Source: Octopus sinensis
Taxonomy: Eukaryota
Assembly (NCBI RefSeq): GCF_006345805.1
Contig: NC_043012.1
Coordinates: forward strand, 33,232,001-33,296,000
Direction: 5' to 3'
DNA: 64,000 nt
Each line of letters starts with the position of its first letter. Position 1 is the stretch's first letter. Positions 26,039 to 37,235 of this stretch are shown piece by piece. Under the pieces are notes generated by a model. That model was not told the DNA's origin, did not search any database, and worked only from the letters and a program-made list of their open reading frames with translations. A program made the translations under genes and the position numbers.

Positions 26039-29000
26039 GCTTGCCTTAAAGTCTTCAAATGCTTACAAATTCTGGGAAAGACTCGAGATATATTGCGAAA
26101 CAACCTCTGAAGAGCTTCTTTCTGATCAAAGCGGATGGTGCAAATTTGAAAAAAGCAATGAAGTAATTTTTGAAGAGTTTCTAATTGAAGTAATCATCTC
26201 AAGATTGGTTGACAAAACCTTTCATAGAAGTTCGAAAGGCCCCGAACAGCCACAGAAACAACTCAGCTGGTCTGAAGCTACTGACAATAAAGTCGATGAA
26301 GAGTTTTCAGAAGAGGAGAGAAAATGCTTTAAAATAATCGAGGAATCTCAAGCGGAAGTTTATGAAGATTTGGCGGAAGACGAAAAAACAGCAAGACTTT
26401 TACAATCCCATTTGCATCACCAACTTCCTTGTACACCGCTCCAAATTAGAATGCCACAAATTTTCATTAGTGGTGGACAGTATAAATCAAAGTCTTCATA
26501 TGAAATACCTCGACCTCAAACGAGGACTGACAGAAATCCCCGTAGCTATCAAAGACATCCAACAACACCAATGACATCATTTACAGAAGAGGAAAAATTT
26601 TACAAGTTTCCATCTGCAAGAGAAGGATGGAGTTGTTTGATCTTACCTAGAGCGCAGCAAAGAAGCACAATAAAAGTTCCAAGCACTGGTCAAGAAGATA
26701 TATCAAGTTACTCTACAAGTTGGTCAGAACCACGAAGTCCAGTCCATTATATGAGAATGGATGAACTTTGGGCTAATCTAGAAAAGGATAAAGCAGACGG
26801 AGCAGAAAGCGTAGCATTCACTGTTGTACCACCCACCTATCCGGAATTGAAGGCATATCCTGCAGGTCAAACGATGCTTAAACGTTCAAGACTACCCGTA
26901 AGAATAAAAAACCTTCCCTTTAACCGTCACACGACGTCTTCACGAATACCCGTAGATACGATGCCTTCAAGAATACCCAGAAGAACAGAACGCCTGCTTA
27001 AAAGCCGTGCGATGCCTCCAAAAATACCCGCTAGAATAGAACGCTTACGCAAAAGAGGTGCTATGTCTTCAAGAATACCCCTGAGAACAGAATACTTACC
27101 TAAAAGATATACGATGCCTTCAAGTGTACCTCTAAGAAAAGAATACTTGCCTAAAAGCTATACGATGCCTTCACGAATACCCATAAGAACAAAACGCTTA
27201 CTTAAAAGAGGTGTGTTACTCTCAACAAAACCCGCTCGAACAGGACGCTTATTTGGTGCTATGCCTTCAAGAATACCCGTAAGAAAAGAACTCTTACCTC
27301 GTAGACGTCGTGTGAAGACTGTAACTTTTGCAGAGCTTCCTCATCGAATATATAAAGCATCACCTGTCACGAAAGCAATGCGAAGCGGTATGCAAACAAG
27401 AAGATGGAATACTTTACAAGAGCCATACCAACTTCCAAGACCTAGTAAAGAATATGATTTAAGACAGGCGGCACAAAGACAAGCTGTCAAAAGTATGAGA
27501 GATTTAGCAATCGAAAAACACCGTGCGAAGGTTTCTGGCAAGAGAACAATACCAAGCGCTAGGGAGGCACAAATGGCAGCTCTGGAAAAGATAAGGGCTG
27601 CAGAGGCAGTAAAAAGACAAGCCGAGAAAAGAATGAGGGATTTAGAAATCGAAAACCAACGTGCGAAGGCCTCAGCCAAGGAAACAGTACTAAGCCCTGA
27701 GGAAGCACAAAGAGCAGCTCTCGAAAGGATAAGGTCTGCAGGAATCGATAAAGTCTTTGAGATAGTCTATGGCAGAAAACCATCGGTAACTATAGATATA
27801 GTACCAAGCAGCCTACAGGCAGACATAGAACCACTACCAAGCAGTCCACAGGATTCAGGCAAGAAAATACCAAGCCCTACCAAAATAATACAGGATGAAA
27901 TACAACAGCGACATCAATGTTTGATGGATCGTATTGATGAATATAATGACAGAGTAGATACACTAGACCATTATATGGAAAGGATAAAGGATTCACAAGA
28001 GCCATACGTAGTTCCAGAACGTTTTGATGAACTTGCTATCAGAGAGGCGGCAGCTTCCAGAGAATTGGAAGCTGTCAGAGAGGCGGCAAATAGACAACTT
28101 CAAGATCTGATGGAAATGCGTTCTAGATCACGGAGAACTTACCCGCGAGTTTCAGTTCCAGATCTTAATAGAGAAGCTCCCAGAGAATTTGAAGCTGTCA
28201 GAGAGGCGGCAAATAAACAACTTCAAGATCTGATGGAAATACGTTCTAGATCACAGAGAACTTATCCGCGAGTTTCAATTCCAGATCTTAATAGATTATC
28301 TTCCAGTGAATTGGAAGCTATCAGAGAGGCGGCAAATAGACAACTTCAAGATCTGATGGAAATGCGTTCTAGATCACAGAGAACTTACCCGCGAATTTCA
28401 GTTCCAGATCTTAATAGAGAAGCTCCCAGAGAATTTGAAGTTGTCAGAGAGGCGGCAAATAGACAACTTCAAGATCTGATGGAAATACGTTCTAGATCAC
28501 AGAGAACTTATCCGCGAGTTTCAATTCCAGATCTTAATAGATTATCTTCCAGAGAATTGGAAGCTATCAGAGAGGCGGCAAATAGACAACTTCAAGATCT
28601 GATGGAAATGCGTTCTAGATCAGAGAGAACTTACCCGCGAGTTTCAATTCCAGATCTTAATAGAGTAGCATCAACCGCAGCTCCACTTTACAATGTGGCG
28701 GAACTTAGTAATAGAGGAGAAAAAAGGACTGGGAAACTTCATTCAGATCGTCTTTATTCTTCACGTTTGAATTATGAAGCAAGACCGAAGCTATCTGCAG
28801 CAGAGCGCCGTACATGGAACGAGGCACGACCAGTGGGGTCTAAAATCAGATATATCAGTCATCTTAGCCAAGGTACTGAGCCAAGGTTATCATTCAAGGC
28901 TCCTCGAGGTACAGTGAGTTCAAGAACTTCCTTAGAAGGTACACGTCACGCATGCCCAATTCATAGTATGAGACTTCCAAGACCACAAGGAACTCGTCGT

Positions 29001-29054
29001 TCGAGAACGTTGAGTATAGAAAAGTTTCCTAGAGACTTCCAAGAATATTATTAA
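26037..29054 (+). CDS. ORF2: uncharacterised 1005-aa repeat protein (17-aa SRIP repeats, 2 x 46-aa and 5 x 41-aa helical repeats)
   Basis: 3-kb uninterrupted ORF. AATAAA at 29164-29169 and 29195-29200 in the shared 3' block. Confidence 0.8.
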
Positions 29055-29097
29055 AACTAAAAAAAAAGCAAAATAAGTGAAATACACAAACATAAAG

Positions 29098-30513
29098 TTA
29101 TTCGAATTATTTTACAAATATATTGAAATTAACGGTGGTCGATCAGATATCGATAACCACTACAATAAATCACGTTCAATAATAATTCAGATTCAATAAA
29201 TTGAAAGTATAAATTATCCCTATTGATTTATTTATATATCTATATAACAGAATGTTGTGTGACAGGTCTATATCAGAGTATTAATGATACAATAAGAGAA
29301 GACTGAATTGACCATGTAATGGTGTTCAGCAGTCTTCTTCAAACAAATCTATGATGAAAACACCGTTCCGACTATGACCTCCCAGGCTTTTCTCTTTTCT
29401 CTTTTTTGATATCAGAGGCTACATTGTCTGAACTAATTTTAAGACGGTAAGGTACGATGAGAGGGAGATTTCGTTGGTATTTCTAGGCATCGATGTCGTG
29501 GCACTCCACCTCCTCCTTCTTGTCCTCCTTCTCCTTCTTGTCGTCCTTCTCCTTCTTGTCGTCCTCCTCCTTCTTGTCGCCCTCCTCCTTCTTGTCCTCC
29601 TTCTCCTTCTTGTCGTCCTCCTCCTTCTTGTCGTCCTTCTCCTTCTTGTCCCCCCTCCTCCTCCTCCTTCCTCCTTTCTTCTTCTTCTTCTTCTTCTTCT
29701 TCTTCTCCTTCTTCTTCTTCTTCTCCCCCTCCTCCTCCTCCTCCTTCTTCTTCTTTTTCTTCTTCTTCTTCTTCTTCTTCTTCTTCTTCTTCTTCTTCTT
29801 CTTCTTCTTCTCCATCATGTTTGTTAGGCAGCATGATTTCTCCTCCTCTAGTAGCGCTAGAATACCACGACAATGTATATTTTTTTTTTACCAATGTGCA
29901 GTTAATTTATCAGAAATAATATTCAAATCTTCCGCAAAGTCCACCAGACAAATTAAAACAAAGAATACATTTGACAGATAGTTCTAGGTGAATTACACCC
30001 ATAACAAAAGACGAGATGGTCACGGCTAGAGTGCCGATGATCATAAGATTACTGACTCACGGCTAATCTAGTGCTAAACAAGACGTTTTGTTTGTAGTAT
30101 AATTGGTGAGTCAACTGATGAAATACCTATTTCTTTACTACCCACAAGGGGCTAAACACAGAGGGGACAAACAAGGACAGACAAACGGATTAAGTCGATT
30201 ACATCGACCCCAGTGCGTAACTGGTACTTAATTTATCGACCCCGAAAGGATGAAAGGCAAAGTCGACCTCGGCGGAATTTGAACTCAGAACAACGACAGA
30301 CGAAATACGGCTACGCATTTCGCCCGTCGTGCTAACGTTTCTGCCAGCTCGCCGCCTTCAACTGATGAAATACCAATACAGCGAATGGTGATGTGGTTAT
30401 GCTGAGATAGAAATATTATTCAATAGGAAGGAAAGTTTAAAAAACACCCAACACAACGAAATATTTTCTAATCACATAAACGATGTGTAAAATTTAGGCA
30501 TCTTTAAATTATT
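29098..30513 (+). repeat. Duplicated 3' flank block, copy 2
   Basis: See copy 1. Lacks the equivalent of 14789-15629 and carries an extra SINE. Confidence 0.9.
30128..30357 (-). mobile_element. tRNA-derived SINE, family 2
   Basis: 17-bp TSD TCAACTGATGAAATACC at 30111-30127 and 30358-30374. The empty site is at 16482-16498. Confidence 0.9.
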
Positions 30514-31509
30514 TGACACGTAGTAAGCTTCTGTTGGAAGATCTGTTTCATCTTGGTTAAATCGTAACCTGGCAGCGCAGTGACGGGTTATGACTAGTTT
30601 ATCTTAAAAGACGTCACCTGGGTGTCCTAGCATACTCTGATTTTTTGAATGTTTAGTGTCTTTACTTTCTAAGGATTGTACAAAAAGTTGTTATGGTCTC
30701 ATAAGGGTTCTAGTTTCCGCAAAATTATAACTAAGAACATTTTGGTATATTGTGTACTAGATATTGGTATATTGCATACTAAGTTTTCTCCATATCCAAT
30801 TCTACAAATATACAGAGAGATTTGTCCATTATAGGACCTCACCAGGGTTACTGTCTGTACTCAATAGTCAGTAATATAAGTTCACACACGCGCGCACGCA
30901 AACATACACACACAAACACAAATACACACACACACACACATTAGATGAACTTATAGAAGTATTTATGTCTTCGGAACAAGTCGCAAGAACGATCTCTTTG
31001 GAATTTTTTTTTTCTCAAAGGATAATCTTGAATAAAACCATTTCGAATGTATCGACATCTCTTAATATAATAATGAGCGTAGTGTTTTTATACATTTGTC
31101 CAAAATCACGCAGTAGGAGGGAGTGAAAGAAAGATGTAGTATAAGTGAAGGGAGAGGAAAGAAAATAGTAATTCAGTGAAGGAGAAGTAGTGAGAGTAAT
31201 AGCTATGACTGACAGGGTGTGAGAGAAAGCAATAGCAATGAGATAGAGGAAGTGGTAGGAGAGCGTCGCATTCACCACACGTCATTGCGGTAAAGTGAGT
31301 GTAAATTGCTGCGATACAAATGTAGTTCGTGAGTGTGTTTATATTTTTGTCATTGTATACATATATTTATATTTATATATGTATGTATGTATGCATGTAT
31401 GTATGTATGTATGTATGTATGTATGTATGTATGTATGTATGTATGTATGTATGTATGTATGTATGTATGTATGTATGTATGTATGCATGTATGTATGTAT
31501 GTATGCATG

Positions 31510-31554
<45 letters not shown>

Positions 31555-31760
31555 GACCGCGTGTGTGCCATTGGCGATTTTTTTCCTCCGTCTTCCCTTT
31601 CTTGGATCTTTCCTTTTCCTATGTTTTTGACGAAGAGCTCCGCTCGAAACATTAAATTCTCCTTCTTTCCTTCTTTCCTGAGCGTCCAATAACACTATAC
31701 TTGTTCCACGTCCTCACGTTGTGTTTTCTCTTTGTTTTCATGTTTGGATTAACTATATAT

Positions 31761-31857
<97 letters not shown>

Positions 31858-32254
31858 TGTGTATGTATATGTTGTAATGAAGGAAATATAACAAAGTTAA
31901 CAATCAAATATGTATTCTTTATTCCAAATAAGACAAATGGGAAAAGTCTCTTCTTGAAATAAATAATAACATTGTTAGATCATCATTAGTAAGAAACTGT
32001 TGATACTACCATATCCGGCACATCCCACTACATTATATATGCCCGCAGAGGCATCCCTATGAAATAGGCTTAGAGGAACACTGACAAGAATAAATTCAAA
32101 GGGGAACTATTTTGTTTACATTCTACGAAAATCATTTGCTCTAATATTTCGGTTCCATTGTGTGTGTGTGTGTATGTGTGTGCATGTGTGTGCGTGCGTG
32201 TGTGTGTTTACAGTATTTACAGTGCTTGTTATCATTTCACTTACAATTTTAGTT

Positions 32255-32722
32255 GAACCCAATCAATGGTTTATTCAATGGGACCCGGATCTTAGTGCTG
32301 TCCATCAATGATTTTTTTCATTCATGGAAAAATACTCAACGGGAGTAATAAAGGAGAGAAGGCCTTTATTCTGTGCATCAATTTCCCTTTAGCATGAGTA
32401 GACGACAGTTTCCTGTTATCCCAGCATTTGCAATGACTATAAACAAATCAGGAGGACGGAGCTTTAATGATGTTGGTACCATCTTACCGTTACCAGTATT
32501 CAGCCATGGACAACTTTATGTCGCATTGAGTAGAAGTAGAAACAGGAATATTAAAATCTTAATAAAAGACCATCCAAAACAAGGCGAACTCATTGGTGGT
32601 AGGGTCTTCACTAGAAACGCGTTGTCGAAGCAATTGCTAAGATAAAGGTTGTAATCTTTCAATTTTATTTTTATTTTCCGTATCATTTCATTCCGTCATT
32701 TCTGACGGCAAGGATACTCCAG
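32255..32722 (+). mobile_element. Helitron 3' end with Pif1-like helicase C-terminal fragment
   Basis: [25 protein letters not shown] and [13 protein letters not shown]. Hairpin CCGTCA-TTTC-TGACGG (32693-32708), then CCAG-T. Confidence 0.85.
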
Positions 32723-33194
32723 TGAGTGAGATGAAAAATGTGAGATCACCAGACTAAGTTCCTTTCTGTATTGCGTGTCTATCTAAGTGTATATATGTGG
32801 GATCGAGTGTCCTCATGCATGTATGTGTGCTTTCATGCACATGTATATGTGTGCAGGTGTGTGTGTGTGTCTACAGTATATGTGTGGATATGCGTATGGC
32901 GTCCGTATTCTGCTTATGTGTTTGTGTATGTGTCTAAGTATAAACGTGTTAGTTACATCAATCTACTATATGTATGAAATACCGAACGCATAGTGATGAG
33001 TTGATATGTTGTATGACAACTATAAAACATTTTATATCCAGTCATATTAAACTAAAATATATTTTTATCTTAACATATTCACAATAGGCTTTGAGAGGAC
33101 ATCTACAAACGCTCAATACAAAATCAACTGTGTGGTGAACATTCATAAAACATATTAACCGTGCATCCTCATTGATATTAATGTTACTCAAAGA

Positions 33195-36100
33195 ATGAAC
33201 TTAAGTCGGGTAGGTTTTAATGATGACAGTATTCTAGATGAAAGACAGTTATATGAAGGACAGTTATTGCCTTTAGCATCGTCTACGCCCCAAAAAAGTA
33301 GAAAGAGAACTGAGAGCTTGTCACAACTTCATCCACATCTAACTTATGATGAAGCAAAACGGCCCGAATTTGAGGATGATAGGCAAAGAAATCTCCAACA
33401 GGGTGACGCAAGAATATCATCTCTATCAAGGTCTGGAGTAACTCCACCAGGAGCTACAGCGAGTGACAGAGTGTCATCAGTTAAGCGTGATGAAAATATT
33501 TCAGATGAAAGAACTTTATGGCCTTCCCACGCGATAGATACGCCCACAAAATATAGAGAGAGACTTGCACGTTTATCTTCACGTCCTCAACGTGTAACAA
33601 ACGGTGCAGCAAAATGGCCCGAAGTTGCGGACACTACGGCTTTGTCTCAAATAGAATTTCCACAGGAAAAGGAAATCGACGAATTGATTGAAACACACCC
33701 TGATAGAATTTCGAAACAAAAACCATTAACTCCCGTTGGCCCTATACCCTGGGAAAATATTCTGCGAAAGCAGGACTCATCTTACAAGTTTCCCTCCGTT
33801 GACCTAAGTTGGTCCCAGATGCTTCTTAGTGATGATGAAATTCCCAGTGGGCGACGAAAGAGGAGGCGTTCACATGAACCCAGTATAGTCCATGATTCTT
33901 TAACACCTCGTAGACTATCAGATATTTCATATGTTTACCAAGAACCTCACCTAGACTTAATAAATGTATCTCCTGCAATTGACGAATTATTTCGAGACGT
34001 AACTCCTTCAAGGCCTGGAGAACCTCCACCAGGAGATACAGCTAGCCTCTCACCAGTTAAGTATGATGAAAACGAAAGCGTTATTGAAGAAGAGATAGAT
34101 AGACTTGATGAAATGAGGAGCGTTATTGAAAAAGAGATCGATATACTGGATGAAAAAAGGAGTGTTACTGAAGAAGAGATTGATAGATTGGATGAAATGA
34201 GGAGTGCTGCTGAAGAAGAGATCGATAGACTGGATGAAATTAGGAACGCTACTGAAGAAGAGATCGATAAACTGGATGAAATTAGGAGCGCCATTGGGAA
34301 AGAAACCTACAGATTGGATGAAATGAGGGGTGCTACTGAAGAAGAGATCGAAAGAGCGGATGAAAAAAGAAGCGTTACTGAAGAAGTGATCGATGGACTG
34401 GATGAAATGAGAAGCGTTACTGAAGAGATCGATGGACTGGATGAAAAGAGGAGCGTTACTGAAGAAGAGATCGATAGACTGGATGAAATTAGGAACGCTA
34501 TTGGAACAGAAATTGAAAGACTGGATGAAATTAGGGGTTTTACTGAAGAAGAACTCGAAAGACTGGATGGAATGAGAAGCGTTACTGAAGAAGAGATCGA
34601 TAGACTGGATGAAATGAGGAGCGTTATTGAAACACAAACTGAAAAGACAGACGATAGAATTTCGCCACAAAGGCATCACAAATATCTGTCCGAAACATTA
34701 CCAGCACTACAACGCAGTCCTTTACGCATAACCCCTGATTATCCTCTTTCTCGCACATTACCAATCGTTAAAATATCAGAGTTTTCAGACCCTTACCGTC
34801 CTGCCACTCGTGCTAGCATCCCCCCCAAATCTCAAATGTCACCACGTTACCGACAGCCACAAGAAATATTATTACGCACTTCCACTGATGCTAGTGTATC
34901 ACCAGTCAGTTCCGAGGAACCCAGTTTGTTATCAGATGACCTTATAGATCAGTCACTATCACCTTTCAGCAAAATATCTGACATTTCTTTAATTTTGTCA
35001 GAACCTAGTGTAAACGTACCATACGAAGATTCTGAAAGTATAGTTCCTGGGGTGTTCCCAGAGAATATTCCAAATATTTTAGAAGCATACGAAGAAAAAG
35101 ATTCTGAAAGCGTTTTGCGTGATATTTTTGCTCTACCACCTATTTCAGATGAATTTCAAGAAGAGGATGCTAAAGATGAAGGTTCGAGCCATTATGAGAG
35201 TTGGGAAGAGTTTCCAGAGGAGGAATATATTACAAGCATTCCGGAAGAATCTAAGCAAAATACCGAAAGGGTATTACAAGCAATTGCAGATCTATCATCG
35301 ATTGAGGGAGATTCTGAAAACGCAGTGTTTGCATCTCAAATAACAAAACCAAGTCCTTTAGATTTAGGTGTGAAACAACTGTTTAGCAAGTTACGTTCAT
35401 TTATTGCCTATAAATTATCGATTGGGGAAGATCCAAATGCAGAGCTTCCTGAAGAAGAAGATACCCGTGGAATTTACTTAGCTGTAAAGAATCTGCATGA
35501 AAGGATGCATGCGGAAGATCGCCTTCAATCGAACTTAGCTAAGCCGGAAGTTGGAGAAAAAGAGACTTCACCGGTTAGAGTACGAAAGCCTAGAGTGACA
35601 AAGCCAAAAGTACCAAAGACTAAAGGGCCAGAACCTACAACGGCTAGAGTACGAAAGCCGAGAGTACCAAAGCCTAGAGTTCCAAAGTCTTCACCGGTTA
35701 GAGTACCAGAGCTATCACCAGTTAGAGAACCAGAACCTACAACGGCCAGAGTACGAAAGCCGAGAGTACCAAAGCCTAGAGTTCCAAAGCCTTCACCGGT
35801 TAGAGTACCAGAGTTATCACCAGTTAGAGAACCAGAACCTACAACGGCTAGAGTACGAAAGCCGAGAGTACCAAAGCCTAGAGTTCCAAAGCCTTCACCA
35901 GTTAGAGAACCAGAGCCATCACCAGTTAGAGGACCAGAGCCTGCACCGGTAAGAGTACGAAAGCCAAGAGTAACAAAGCCTAGAGTACCAAAGTCTAGAG
36001 TACGCGAGGTTTCACCGGCTAGAGAACCAGAGCTTTCACCAGTTAGAGAACTGGAACCTTCACCAGTTAGAAAACCAGAGCCTGCACCGGTTAGAGTACG

Positions 36101-37235
36101 AAAGCCAAGAGTAACAAAGCCGAGAGTACCAAAGTCTAGAGTACGCGAGGTTTCACCGGTTAGAGAACCAGAGCTTTCACCAGTTAGAGAACCGGAACTT
36201 TCACTAGTTAGAGAAGCAGAACCTGCACCGGTTCGAGTACGAATGCCAAGAGTAACAAGGCCGAGAGTACCAAAGCCGAAAGTAGGAAGGCCGAGAATAC
36301 GCAGCGTTTCACCAGATACATTACATTTGCTTTTACAACTTGGATCCCCAGAGTCTAGAGTACACGAGGTTTCACCAGCTAGAGAACCAGAGCTTTTACT
36401 AGATAGACCCCCAGAGCTTTCACTAGTTAGAGCACCAGAGCCTACAACGGCTAGAGTACGAAAAATCAGAGTACCAAGGCCGAGAGTACCGAAGCCTTCA
36501 CCATTTAGAGAACCAGGGATTTCACCAGTTATTTTACCAGAGTCTTCACTGGATATAGTACCAATGCCTAGAGTACGAAAGCCGAGAGTTTCGAGGCCTA
36601 GAGTACCGAAGCCTTCACCAGTTAGAGAACCAGGGATTTCACCAGTTATTTTACCAGAGTCTTCACCGGATATAGTACCAATGCCTAGAGTACGAAAGCC
36701 GAGAGTTTCGAGGCCTAGAGTACCGAAGCCTTCACCAGTTAGAGAACCAGGGATTTCACCAGTTATTTTACCAGAGCCTTCACCGGATATAGTATTAATG
36801 TCTAGAGTACGAAAGCCGAGAGTTTCGAGGCCTAGAGTGCCAAAGCCTTCACCAGTTAGGGAAGCAGAGCTTTCACCAGTTATTTTACCAGAGCCTTCAC
36901 CGGATATAGTACCAATGCCCAGAGTACGAAAGCCGAGAGTTTCGAGGCCTAGAGTGCCAAAGCCTTCAACAGTTAGAGAACCAGAGCCTTCTTCAGGCAG
37001 TGATCCGTCTCTACCGGTTAGAGTTCGAAAGCCTAGAGTTCGACGGCTTACTGTGCAAAATCCTAGAATACCAAGACCTTCACCAATTAGAGCACAAATG
37101 CCTCCACTAGAGTATGAATCAACTTTGAGATGGACTCGTCCTAGTAGAAAAAGCCTGGCAACGATTTTTGCAAGCGAATCTGACAGCTCTCCACCATCAC
37201 CAGATCTTCGAATTCGGCCAGGTGAAAATGAATAA
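33195..37235 (+). CDS. ORF3: uncharacterised 1346-aa protein with 13 x 14-aa acidic repeats and a Pro/Arg/Val/Lys-rich SPVR repeat tail
   Basis: 4-kb uninterrupted ORF. The upstream 33045-33200 matches the shared block. The true start codon is uncertain. Confidence 0.8.
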   Translation: MNLSRVGFNDDSILDERQLYEGQLLPLASSTPQKSRKRTESLSQLHPHLTYDEAKRPEFEDDRQRNLQQGDARISSLSRSGVTPPGATASDRVSSVKRDENISDERTLWPSHAIDTPTKYRERLARLSSRPQRVTNGAAKWPEVADTTALSQIEFPQEKEIDELIETHPDRISKQKPLTPVGPIPWENILRKQDSSYKFPSVDLSWSQMLLSDDEIPSGRRKRRRSHEPSIVHDSLTPRRLSDISYVYQEPHLDLINVSPAIDELFRDVTPSRPGEPPPGDTASLSPVKYDENESVIEEEIDRLDEMRSVIEKEIDILDEKRSVTEEEIDRLDEMRSAAEEEIDRLDEIRNATEEEIDKLDEIRSAIGKETYRLDEMRGATEEEIERADEKRSVTEEVIDGLDEMRSVTEEIDGLDEKRSVTEEEIDRLDEIRNAIGTEIERLDEIRGFTEEELERLDGMRSVTEEEIDRLDEMRSVIETQTEKTDDRISPQRHHKYLSETLPALQRSPLRITPDYPLSRTLPIVKISEFSDPYRPATRASIPPKSQMSPRYRQPQEILLRTSTDASVSPVSSEEPSLLSDDLIDQSLSPFSKISDISLILSEPSVNVPYEDSESIVPGVFPENIPNILEAYEEKDSESVLRDIFALPPISDEFQEEDAKDEGSSHYESWEEFPEEEYITSIPEESKQNTERVLQAIADLSSIEGDSENAVFASQITKPSPLDLGVKQLFSKLRSFIAYKLSIGEDPNAELPEEEDTRGIYLAVKNLHERMHAEDRLQSNLAKPEVGEKETSPVRVRKPRVTKPKVPKTKGPEPTTARVRKPRVPKPRVPKSSPVRVPELSPVREPEPTTARVRKPRVPKPRVPKPSPVRVPELSPVREPEPTTARVRKPRVPKPRVPKPSPVREPEPSPVRGPEPAPVRVRKPRVTKPRVPKSRVREVSPAREPELSPVRELEPSPVRKPEPAPVRVRKPRVTKPRVPKSRVREVSPVREPELSPVREPELSLVREAEPAPVRVRMPRVTRPRVPKPKVGRPRIRSVSPDTLHLLLQLGSPESRVHEVSPAREPELLLDRPPELSLVRAPEPTTARVRKIRVPRPRVPKPSPFREPGISPVILPESSLDIVPMPRVRKPRVSRPRVPKPSPVREPGISPVILPESSPDIVPMPRVRKPRVSRPRVPKPSPVREPGISPVILPEPSPDIVLMSRVRKPRVSRPRVPKPSPVREAELSPVILPEPSPDIVPMPRVRKPRVSRPRVPKPSTVREPEPSSGSDPSLPVRVRKPRVRRLTVQNPRIPRPSPIRAQMPPLEYESTLRWTRPSRKSLATIFASESDSSPPSPDLRIRPGENE

